Positions 27,014 to 36,697 of a stretch of DNA of 64,000 nt are shown here, in pieces. The stretch comes from Auanema rhodensis (lineage: Eukaryota > Animalia > Nematoda). The DNA is taken from positions 5,270,001-5,334,000 of the forward strand of contig OZ059897.1 of the NCBI GenBank assembly GCA_964057225.1. Reading direction: 5' to 3'. The notes beneath the pieces are model-generated. The model made no database searches, was not told where the DNA came from, and saw only the letters and a program-made list of their open reading frames with translations. Both the position numbers and the translations under genes were made by a program. How positions within the stretch are numbered: position 1 is the first letter of the stretch; each line of letters begins with the position of its first letter.

Positions 27014-27054
27014 TAGAGGAAAATAAAAAACAACCACACACAGTCAACTCACTT

Positions 27055-27225
27055 TTATATAATGAGTGGAATAATGACTAGTGTTGTACAAAAGCCTAGT
27101 CCCAGAGATATTCCTTTAATGAATGGCACTGAAATACGTTTCAAAATCTTTTTGTACAGGGGTGTTGGCACAGATTGTTCCAACGTGTATCTTATACATA
27201 ATTCACAGTGACAGGGAATATTCAT
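27055..27225 (-). CDS. 56-aa putative tail-anchored membrane protein, copy
   Basis: Reverse complement of 44792-44962. Confidence 0.5.
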   Translation of the reverse strand: MNIPCHCELCIRYTLEQSVPTPLYKKILKRISVPFIKGISLGLGFCTTLVIIPLII

Positions 27226-27271
27226 AACTGACCACCTAATGTAGCAGGTGACGTTTTAATGGCGAAGTTGA

Positions 27272-27772
27272 TCATATGCTAGATAATTTATAGTCGAATA
27301 CTTTATGCATAAACGCTTTAATAAAGACATCATCGTTTTGTAATAGTTTAAAAAATGAACAAATGCTTTCAAATACTGAGAATCCATTGGGTTCCGTCTT
27401 TGTTTTATCCAGTACAAAATCCAAAATTTTTGTAATATTTGTGTTTGGTACGGGCTCATTATTAATCACAAGTTGGTTATTTTTGTTTGTACGCACCTCT
27501 GGAAATCTTTCCCACAGATCGTTATACTTTCGTGGCAGCTTGTATTCTGGCAATAATGGTGGATCAGCATTTTCCACTTGTACTGATATAGGCGCATCTA
27601 TGCTTTCTCTATAGTTTTTGAGACGGGTAATCAAGTCTTCGTATAGTTCAGCCTTTTTATAATCGGGTATAGATTTATTCTCTCGTAAGAGCTTCAATTC
27701 AGCATCAAACTTGTCTATATTCAGCGTTTCATCATCAACAGGGATTAGACGATATTTATGATTGAGTTTCAT
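27272..27772 (-). CDS. Chimeric ORF: 133 aa of the 245-aa protein fused to the last 33 aa of the protease
   Basis: In-frame duplication junction ...PNGFSV|FESICS... Confidence 0.8.
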   Translation of the reverse strand: MKLNHKYRLIPVDDETLNIDKFDAELKLLRENKSIPDYKKAELYEDLITRLKNYRESIDAPISVQVENADPPLLPEYKLPRKYNDLWERFPEVRTNKNNQLVINNEPVPNTNITKILDFVLDKTKTEPNGFSVFESICSFFKLLQNDDVFIKAFMHKVFDYKLSSI

Positions 27773-28077
27773 CTTTTAAAACCAAAATAAGCAATTCCGC
27801 ATGAAACTATTGTTTGCAATTGTTTGTGTGAAATCGTTGCCAATAAAGTTTTAGCCTTTTCGGGTGTGCGTATCAAAGCTATTTGACGTAATAATGAGGA
27901 TATGGGCAAAAGGGTTTTATATTCCTTGTTAGTTAAGAGAAAATTATTATTTTTCACAATATTAAATACAATTTCAACAATAATTTCAATTTGTGAAAAA
28001 GAAAATGAGGAAACAGAACAAGGGGTTTTGGCACAAGAAGATAAAAAGTTGTAATTTGACAAAATACGACCACTCAT
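27769..28077 (-). CDS. 102-aa protein, duplicate
   Basis: Identical translation to 24638-24946. Confidence 0.75.
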   Translation of the reverse strand: MSGRILSNYNFLSSCAKTPCSVSSFSFSQIEIIVEIVFNIVKNNNFLLTNKEYKTLLPISSLLRQIALIRTPEKAKTLLATISHKQLQTIVSCGIAYFGFKR

Positions 28078-28089
28078 TGAACATGCACA

Positions 28090-28737
28090 TTAAACACTGA
28101 ATATATTTCTGGCTACATAAACAATAGGGTGCTCCGCTGTTATATCTGATAGTATACGCTGTTTCTCATTTGTTAAAGGATGGTTGTCAATCAGTAAATG
28201 ACTATAGGGTGTAGACATTGCATCATCATATGCTTCTAGAGCATTTTTAAAGCGGGGGCCAAATAATTGTTGCAGACAATTACGTATTTGTAATATATCC
28301 GAATGACTTTTCATCAGTATTATATATGTACTATTAATTCGACTGGTCCTGTCTAGCTGAAATGCAGCTTGCACAAGATTAAACACTGCCAAATTCCAGT
28401 GATGTGCCCACACTGTAAAAATGTTGTTGAGTAATTCTTTAGCCGCTTTATTCGATGAGAAAAAATTCATCAAATCATCCAGCACTAGTATGGTGTTTAC
28501 TCCCTTTTGCTCTTTTATTATATCCGGATCAGGTGGTCCTTGAATAACTATTAAACGCTCATCATTTAATGGAACACCTGACGATGCTCCACATTGACTG
28601 AACCAGAATATTCTATCAATGGGGACGTTGAAAAACTTTTCAGTATTTTCACATATACGTTTTATAAGGGTAGTTTTACCACATTGCGTTGCCCCTATTA
28701 CAGTTGTCTGACTGGGTAGTTTGAAGCTGAAAACCAT
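28090..28737 (-). CDS. Packaging ATPase, duplicate
   Basis: Identical translation to the first copy. Confidence 0.93.
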   Translation of the reverse strand: MVFSFKLPSQTTVIGATQCGKTTLIKRICENTEKFFNVPIDRIFWFSQCGASSGVPLNDERLIVIQGPPDPDIIKEQKGVNTILVLDDLMNFFSSNKAAKELLNNIFTVWAHHWNLAVFNLVQAAFQLDRTSRINSTYIILMKSHSDILQIRNCLQQLFGPRFKNALEAYDDAMSTPYSHLLIDNHPLTNEKQRILSDITAEHPIVYVARNIFSV

Positions 28738-28816
28738 AATCAACCACTCGTAAATGTACCTATAATGCAAATGATTTCATTTATACTAGTGTGCACGCAT
28801 CAGGTGGTGGTCTCTG

Positions 28817-29674
28817 ATGGATGACTTTTACATTACTTTGCCGTCATCAGTTGACTCTGAAAAAAGTAATACCTCATCAGTGTTTCTTACCAGGTTACCT
28901 GAAACATTAAGGCTACGCAATAACAGATATTGCATTGGGCTGAAAGACATAATCTTTCCGTGTTCGATATTAAATGTACAAGAAAATCTTTCTTATACAC
29001 TACGTTTTTCCAACAGAAAGTTTATTCTGCACTTGCCCAAAGGTAACTATGCAAATGGTGATGAAATAATACGCGGAATCAATGCTGGAAAAGAACAATT
29101 TATTGCTAGCAGCACTAAACCTCTTGGAGCTGAGGAAGAAGCACGTATAAAGGGTTTGATAGATAAAGATGAAGATGTGAAAAAGTGGTATAATAATCGA
29201 CAAGCTGAGGCTAAACTTGTCAAGGAAATGCTGGCAGACGCCACGTTTCGATTTAAGAAAACACTACAACGCATAGAGTTTGTAACAAGTAAGCGGCTAT
29301 TATTGAATGCAACACTCGGTGATGCTCTCGCATATTTTCTTGGCTTTGAGAATAAAATTATCAACGACACGTTAATAGCCAGGCGCCCCATTGATTTTTC
29401 AAATAACATTAATACAATGTATATATATTGTGATATTGTAGAATATTCCATTCTCGGTAATGTGAAAGCTAATTTACTTGCATGTTTACCTGTACCACCT
29501 CCCACCGAATTTGGTAAAATGATTGCCAAAACATTTAATCCTATTCGTTATGTACCAATCACTAAGCAAACACTCGATACTATACGTATTGAAATTTTAG
29601 ATGAATTTGGCCGCCCTATGCAATTTAATTATGGTTCTACAGTTGTTACATTACATGTTAAAAATGTGAAATAA
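28817..29674 (+). CDS. Minor capsid protein, duplicate (one N>K change)
   Basis: Offset-3131 copy; AAC>AAG at 29257. Confidence 0.88.
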   Translation: MDDFYITLPSSVDSEKSNTSSVFLTRLPETLRLRNNRYCIGLKDIIFPCSILNVQENLSYTLRFSNRKFILHLPKGNYANGDEIIRGINAGKEQFIASSTKPLGAEEEARIKGLIDKDEDVKKWYNNRQAEAKLVKEMLADATFRFKKTLQRIEFVTSKRLLLNATLGDALAYFLGFENKIINDTLIARRPIDFSNNINTMYIYCDIVEYSILGNVKANLLACLPVPPPTEFGKMIAKTFNPIRYVPITKQTLDTIRIEILDEFGRPMQFNYGSTVVTLHVKNVK

Positions 29675-29679
29675 ATGTT

Positions 29680-30144
29680 TTATTCAACAGTTATACAAGA
29701 CCACATTACGATTTTCGAAGGTTTAAAAGGTAGTTCAGCGCCGTTTTGTTCGATGCGCGGCTCGTGTTGTGAATATTCTCGGTTACTATTGCAGCGGCAT
29801 CGTTTTGGTTCGGTTGACTGTACAAACTCCTCAGTTTTTTCAGAGGGTTCGCTGGTATCATTTCCATCACCATCTTTACCATTCGTTCCATTACTATTAT
29901 GAAGACGCCGAATATGACGCTGACAATTAAATCTTGTTCCAAAAGTTTCACTACAATAAGGGCACAAACGTCTACGAACACCATCCAAATGTCCATATTT
30001 TTGAATAAAGTCAGCATTGCTGATATAACTGTTACATACGGGTTGAATCCCGTCATGTCTTTTTAATACGTGATCACTAAAATGCTTGGCTGATGAAAAT
30101 ATTTCCTTGCACGTAACACAATACTTGTTACATAAAAGTTCCAT
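29680..30144 (-). CDS. C2H2 zinc-finger protein, duplicate
   Basis: Offset-3131 copy. Confidence 0.8.
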   Translation of the reverse strand: MELLCNKYCVTCKEIFSSAKHFSDHVLKRHDGIQPVCNSYISNADFIQKYGHLDGVRRRLCPYCSETFGTRFNCQRHIRRLHNSNGTNGKDGDGNDTSEPSEKTEEFVQSTEPKRCRCNSNREYSQHEPRIEQNGAELPFKPSKIVMWSCITVE

Positions 30145-30185
30145 TAGAGGAAAATAAAAAACAACCACACACAGTCAACTCACTT

Positions 30186-30356
30186 TTATATAATGAGTGG
30201 AATAATGACTAGTGTTGTACAAAAGCCTAGTCCCAGAGATATTCCTTTAATGAATGGCACTGAAATACGTTTCAAAATCTTTTTGTACAGGGGTGTTGGC
30301 ACAGATTGTTCCAACGTGTATCTTATACATAATTCACAGTGACAGGGAATATTCAT
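30186..30356 (-). CDS. 56-aa putative tail-anchored membrane protein, copy
   Basis: Reverse complement of 44792-44962. Confidence 0.5.
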   Translation of the reverse strand: MNIPCHCELCIRYTLEQSVPTPLYKKILKRISVPFIKGISLGLGFCTTLVIIPLII

Positions 30357-30402
30357 AACTGACCACCTAATGTAGCAGGTGACGTTTTAATGGCGAAGTT
30401 AA

Positions 30403-30858
30403 TCATATGCTAGATAATTTATAGTCGAATACTTTATGCATAAACGCTTTAATAAAGACATCATCGTTTTGTAATAGTTTAAAAAATGAACAAATGCTTT
30501 CAAATGTATTACCAGCTGACAACATTAGTATTACAAATATTGCATAACCACCACAAGTGTATTCAATTATGCGTTGTGGTTTGCAAGTATTAACTTTTAC
30601 ATTTTTATATTTGGCCAGATAATGACGAATGTACTTGTTCATTTTATAACCCAAGCTACAGAAAAAGTAGGCTTGATCATTACGTACAAAGATGACTTGC
30701 CAATGTGTGCCCGGTTTATCGTGTGTGTCAGTATTTACAACAAGTGCAAAGTTCTTTCGACGTGTTTTGGGTAGAGTATCGGCGCTAAATACACCGAGGA
30801 ATAGTTTTCGAGTGACGCGGACAGATCGCAATAGTGACGCTATTTCAGACGAATACAT
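30403..30858 (-). CDS. Adenain-like cysteine maturation protease
   Basis: NTD...PGTHW and Q...TCGGY catalytic motifs. Confidence 0.93.
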   Translation of the reverse strand: MYSSEIASLLRSVRVTRKLFLGVFSADTLPKTRRKNFALVVNTDTHDKPGTHWQVIFVRNDQAYFFCSLGYKMNKYIRHYLAKYKNVKVNTCKPQRIIEYTCGGYAIFVILMLSAGNTFESICSFFKLLQNDDVFIKAFMHKVFDYKLSSI

Positions 30859-30908
30859 TTAGTAAAATGATCTAGTGTAACTTTTGTATTGCGCACGTGC
30901 GGTTCAAT

Positions 30909-31361
30909 ATGCCACACCTCCTTCTAGACTTGAACTCAATTCAATGGACAACACTTTTGAATCAACAAATGGGTGGGGCGCCATTTAGTGGAATGATGTT
31001 TCAACGTGGAATGCAGAGAGGTCATGGCCTGGGTGGTATACTGGCAACATTGGCATCGTTTTTACCACGCATTATTCAATCACCTATAGCCCAAAATCTC
31101 ATCAATGCTGGAAGGAATGCATTATCCAGTGCTGTAAGCAATAGTCCAGTTGTAAATTCACCTCTTGGCGGCCAGTTGCTAAAAACTAGCAATGAAATTG
31201 TTGATGGGGTGCTCAAGGGCGATAATATCAAGCAAACTCTTAAAACAGCCGGCCGGCAGGCTATACGAGATCTTACCGGTTTGGGCAAGCGGCGACGACG
31301 CAAAACCACAAAACCTCATAAACGTCTGTGCATAACTCGTGAGCGGTCGTATCGTATTTAA
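30909..31361 (+). CDS. Gly-rich amphipathic protein with basic tail; putative membrane-active/core virion protein
   Basis: QRGHG then LGGILATLASFLPRII amphipathic helix; LTGLG then KRRRRK; TAAATG coupling to MCP. Confidence 0.75.
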   Translation: MPHLLLDLNSIQWTTLLNQQMGGAPFSGMMFQRGMQRGHGLGGILATLASFLPRIIQSPIAQNLINAGRNALSSAVSNSPVVNSPLGGQLLKTSNEIVDGVLKGDNIKQTLKTAGRQAIRDLTGLGKRRRRKTTKPHKRLCITRERSYRI

Positions 31362-32696
31362 ATGGCTAAATTGATAGATTCAAAATCAGCACAAGCACTT
31401 TTACCTAATATTAATTATAGTGACATACCGGCGTCGGCATTAGGTGTTGAATCCACTCGTACTGTACAAGTTCCTTTAAAAAATACTTTTCTTCCTCAAG
31501 GACCATGGGAATTTGTTATAGCCCAAAATTCCAAATCATTTCTTAATCTGAGAAGGTGTTGGTTGAATGTAAAATTCTAAATTGTAACAACAAACGGCGA
31601 TCCAGTACCAGACAACCTTGTTTTTGCACCATGCCAACAATTTGCAGCCAGTTTGATACACTCGTATCATTTAAAAATTGGTGATGTTAGCGTGTATGAC
31701 TCTACCGTAAATCACGCCTACAAAACATATATTGAGAATATTCTAATGTATAGCAACGATGTTAAAGAGAGCAAACTTGCCATATCAGGCTATTATGCGG
31801 ATAGATATATAGATAATGCAGCCAGTCCTGGATTTAGAGCGCGACAAGGGCTTGTTAAAAATGGCATATTGTGTGAGATGGCTGCTCCCATCAGTATCGA
31901 CTTATTCAATCAGGAACGACTGTTTGTAAACTATTCAAAAATGGAGCTAACTGCATATCCAAACCGTGATAATTTCTTAATTGACACACTTGGATGGAAT
32001 AATGAAAGCAAGGATGCTGCAATGAAGGAGGAGTTTCCAAACCTGAAAATAGATATCAACGATGTGCACTTGCTTATTCAAGAGTTTGATCTAAACGCTG
32101 GATTAGCTATGGCTATAGAAGATAAACTTGTAAAGGAACGAATACATTACCCCATGACGTCAGTGAAAATGCGATCTTATTTCATAGAAGGAGGCCGTTT
32201 GGATTCACCCAATAACATATTATTCACGTCGCATACCCCGAAACGTGTTGTAGTAGGTCTTGTCGGCGCACACGCCTATAATGGTACTTTTAAACATTCG
32301 CCATTCAACTTTAAACCGTTTGAATTGAAAAATATATACTTGACGCTCAACAATCGGGTAATACCTACCCGCCCTTATAATTTAGAATGGCGTTCTTCCT
32401 ATGCCACAGCATATATTGACATGTTGGAAGGTTTGGGTCTTGGTCGTACAGATTCATCCAATGGTATTACACCAGCAATGTATAAAACCGGCTTCACATT
32501 TTTTGTATTTGATATTTCACCGACTGTACACTCGTCCGAGTTATTTGATGTTATACGACAAGGTAATGTGGCCCTGAAATTGGAATTTGGTCAACAAACG
32601 CCGCAAGAGGGTTTATATGCTATTGTTTATGCAGAATATGACTCTATTCTTTCAATTGACAACAATCGTGCTCCATATATTGATACCAGTTTGTAA
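31362..32696 (+). pseudogene. Major capsid protein gene with a nonsense mutation
   Basis: TAA at 31578-31580 where the intact copy (42452-43786) has AAA. Confidence 0.9.
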
Positions 32697-32834
32697 TGTA
32701 TGTAATAAACTCTTTAAAACATTTGATGAGAAGAATAAAATTTATTAATACAACTATACATAAAAATCTATAAATACAACCATATACAAATATACACGCA
32801 ATAATAAAATTTATAAATTCAAATATATTAAAAA

Positions 32835-35152
32835 TTATTCACAATAACCATAGGGTAAAGTACTATAATCGTCTAGATAACAAAGTTTATCCATTACGAC
32901 CTTGGTACTCTTTGTCATGTCCATCGTGGATATGGCACCAAGCTGCCTCTTTAATAACGTTGTTTTGGTTTTTAAAACCAATTTTTCTCCATCCATCACG
33001 AGTCCTCGAACCAATCGCTCCATACTTTGATAGTTTACCACGGTGGCTGCCGTGTGGTCCAGCGTCTGTAATTTTAAAAAGTTTCTCAATAATATATTTT
33101 TATACTTACCACTCCCTTTGCCTTGGTGATATACTTGACCTGACCAGCTGCATTTACTAGCTCATAACTATAAACTTTTGCAGCTGGTGAAACAAATTTG
33201 GTCATTGACCAACCATCGGGTATTTCTGAGGTTAGTTTACCTAACCATTCACCCTTCATATCCTCAATTGGATCAGGCTGATCGAGGCATTTTAAATAAA
33301 TTAGAGAATCGGTGTCTAAATGATGTACGTTTAAATTGTATACAAATTATAAAATTACCTGTATACACCAAGTTCTTTCCAAATTTTTCCATTGCCTTAT
33401 ACAATAGTAGCCTTGCATGAGCGGTTGTATAAGCCGCTATGGCTACATTTGTAAATGGCGCTGGTGCCAAGTGTGAGTCTTCTGGCACTGTTGTACAGTA
33501 CGCCACATCGTCCACAATTTTGAAGCCCGTTAGTTCCCTTGCTGGATCAGTTATGATCCTACCAATTTCAGGATCCTCAACACCAATAATCTTGGTTTGG
33601 GCTTTATCCGGTCTTTGACCCATTTTACCCCATACACTATAAGCAAATTTGTAAATTTTTATTTTTAAAAGTTTACATACCTATTCAGCTGTAGTTTGGC
33701 AATGCTACGCATGGCCGCATTCTTTTCAATTTTGTTGCTCTCCAGAGCAACACCAGTGTTCTCCTCGTGCTCTTGGAGATATTTTAGCTGTAAAATTCTA
33801 TTTAATGCCATACTTTTCATGACACATACCTTTTCAGCCTCTGTCATATTTGGCTTAGGCCAGCCCGATGCCTCTTGCTTAATTTTTATGTACTTTTGTA
33901 CAAAATCCTTGAATAGGCCGCCTTGCTGCCATTCATCCCAGTGCCAAACCTCATAAACATGAAGCACTTTGTAGCCACGCTGTATGGCACATTCGAGCTC
34001 TACATGCGTTACAGTCAGATGCAGCTTTCGAGCGTCTTCATCATCTTGGTGCGGGCATGTTACATTTTTGCCTCTGTTTGCACATGTGCGGCAGTTTGTA
34101 AAAATTAATTTACCGCCTATGCGTGTTCCTAATACAGGATACAACAAATTTGTGGGTGCAAGCACGTCACATTTCACAAGGCCCTTGTATGGGCAGCATG
34201 CCTCAAAACTCTCAAAGCCCTCAGTAATCACTTTAGGATTACCCACAGGGTAATAGGCATCAAATGCCGTTACATATGGATAAAGTGAACAAAAGTCCAC
34301 ATACTCTAGTGAGTATCTATCCGAAGCTTGGGCCAGAAGCTTATATGTTTGAGTTCGGCCGCCGGTGAAGGCATCTCGAGGTGCCAATCGAGTTACAACC
34401 TCAGTGTCCTTCATAAAATTTGCCATTTGCTCATTTGATGACATTTGAGCAGTAATTTCGTGTTCCCACACAGTGGTTACACTAATGCCCTGGCTTTGAA
34501 TAGCCTCAAGCCTTTTCATGGTTTTTTCATAAACCTAAATGTTTCAGCTTAAAATGATTAAAAAAGTCACAATTACCTCTTCCATTGTTTCACCATTTCT
34601 GCCTGGTGCAATAGCAGTCTTGTTGGTGCACTGGGGGCAACCATGATAAATACAGCCATTAAACTACAAAATTTTTACATTTTTTTACATTTATTACAAA
34701 TTACTCACCTCATAGCCGTGATTAGCCACACTGTCATAAGCATCAAGTAGATAGCGTTGGCCATCTACTCTCACAACAAATTCACCACCATTAAGCTTAT
34801 GCATTAATGGGCGGCCTAATCCGTGTTCTAGCCATTTTATGTATTTTATGGCAATTATACTCTGCTTCTGGCCGGCATAATAACCAGTCTCAGGCAGAAT
34901 ACCCACTTGGTTCTCTTTAATGTGGTTCATTTTCAACTGTAATATACTAGTTTTGAAAATGCTTGTATTTTAAAAAACTTGCCTGGAATAAAGAGAAACT
35001 GGCAAATGTCATACATTGTATGACAGGATTCCAGCCAGTGGTGGCGGTTGCCAACTTCATGTACACTTTCATACAGTTGGTTAAAATACGGACATCTGTC
35101 CTACAATATTCCAGAAGCTCCTCATCAAAATCAAACACACTTTGATTACGCT
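32835..35152 (-). pseudogene. Outer pPolB, 3' part, separated by the nested insertion
   Basis: Reverse complement of about 39996-42313. Confidence 0.93.
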
Positions 35153-35725
35153 AGTAGAGAGCCATGCCGAATTTACTAACCACGCCCCCAAACAGTTGCT
35201 AAAAACATACTTTTGAGGGCGTCAGCTGCTAAAAACATACTTTTGGGGGCGTCAGCTGTCAAAATCATATTTTCGGCGTCAGCTGTCAAAAATATACTTT
35301 TCCTCCCGAGGCAGGCTCTCGAGCCTGCGCATGGATCAAAATGCATGATTTTTTTTTAAAATTATTTTTTAATGTATTATTTTAAAAGAATTTTTATTAT
35401 TTATATATTTGTTAATTGTATTTGTAAATATTTTTAAACTTATTTCTTTTTAAATGTATTTTTAATATTTATATATATTTCAAATTGTATTTGTAAATAT
35501 TATTATTTAATTGTTTCTTTTTAAATGTGTTTTTAATAATATTTCTTTTTAAATGTATTTAATATTTATATATTTTTTAATTGTATCTTTAAAACTGAAT
35601 AAATTATTTCTCATATATATTGTTTTTTTATTTATTTAAATAAATTTAAAAGGTAATCAATATGTTCACCGTACCTCTTATGGGTTAATCAATGGAACTC
35701 ATATCGAAGGTTAATTCGATAAGAA
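35153..35725 (+). repeat. Inner TIR, pPolB end (573 bp)
   Basis: Inverted match to 51197-51840. Confidence 0.92.
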
Positions 35726-36463
35726 CGATATGAAATACAAAAGTTAATGGAACACATATCGAAGGTTAATTCGATAAGATCGTTAAAACAGGTGCACTGA
35801 CCCACACAAGAACCACATGGCAAACGTTTTGTTCATAAAAATATGATAAATAGCTGTACACCACATGTACCAAGTTGTCTAATATTTTCAAATTACATGA
35901 AAGAATAGTTTAAAGAACCTTTTTTTTTTAAAATTTTATATTAGTATATTCTAATATACTAACTCAATAAAACACATATCGAAGGTTAATTCGATAGGAT
36001 TCACAAACAATTGTGTTGTTTCCAATGGAACACATATCGAAGATTAATTCGATAAGATCGTTAAAACAGGTGCGCTGACCCACACATGTACCACATGGCA
36101 AAAGTTTTGTTCATAAAAATATGATAAATAGCTGTACAGCACAAGTACCCATAACGCTAACGAATACTTACTATGCCAAGGGGTCATGGGTATATAGTTT
36201 TTAGTATCAAAAATGTTAATGGAACACATATCGAATATCAATTCGATAAGATTGGCGAAACAGATACGTTGACCTACAATGAACCAAATGGCAAAGCGCT
36301 TGTTCATTAAAGTATAACAAATAGCTGTATAGCATATGCATCAAGATTTCTAATATTCTCAAATTACGTGGAAAGAAGAGTATATAGAAAAAGTTTTAGT
36401 GTGTATATTACTAATATTCTAATACCCTAACTCAAAGAACACATATCGAAGATTAATTCGATA
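35702..36463. promoter_or_regulatory. Six TATCGAA-N6-TTCGATA dyads in subterminal repeats
   Basis: Starts at 35702, 35757, 35977, 36035, 36229 and 36444; function is inferred. Confidence 0.55.
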
Positions 36464-36697
36464 AGATTGTTGAAACAGTTGCGCTGACCACAACAATACA
36501 TGCGTATTTATTAACAGCGGATTGGCAACTGCCACTGTTGACAGCTGTAATATGATACAATGTTGAGTGTTGGCAACATTGTTACGTGACAATAAAACAA
36601 CTGACTGTTCTTGCAATGAAGTGTAATATAAATGTGTAAAATGAAATATGGATAACTACCTCTCAGAGTTTGCATAATTTTATTCTAACAAGATACA

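Larger units (their letters stand above)
24241..30502. repeat. Internal tandem duplication, 2 x 3,131 bp
   Basis: ORF sets repeat at offset 3131; AAT microhomology at the junction (27372-27374). Confidence 0.95.

Noticed and set aside
35702-35721. Heat-shock elements in the GAA...TTC dyads
   Set aside because: The spacer is 6 bp, not the 2 bp of nGAAnnTTCn.
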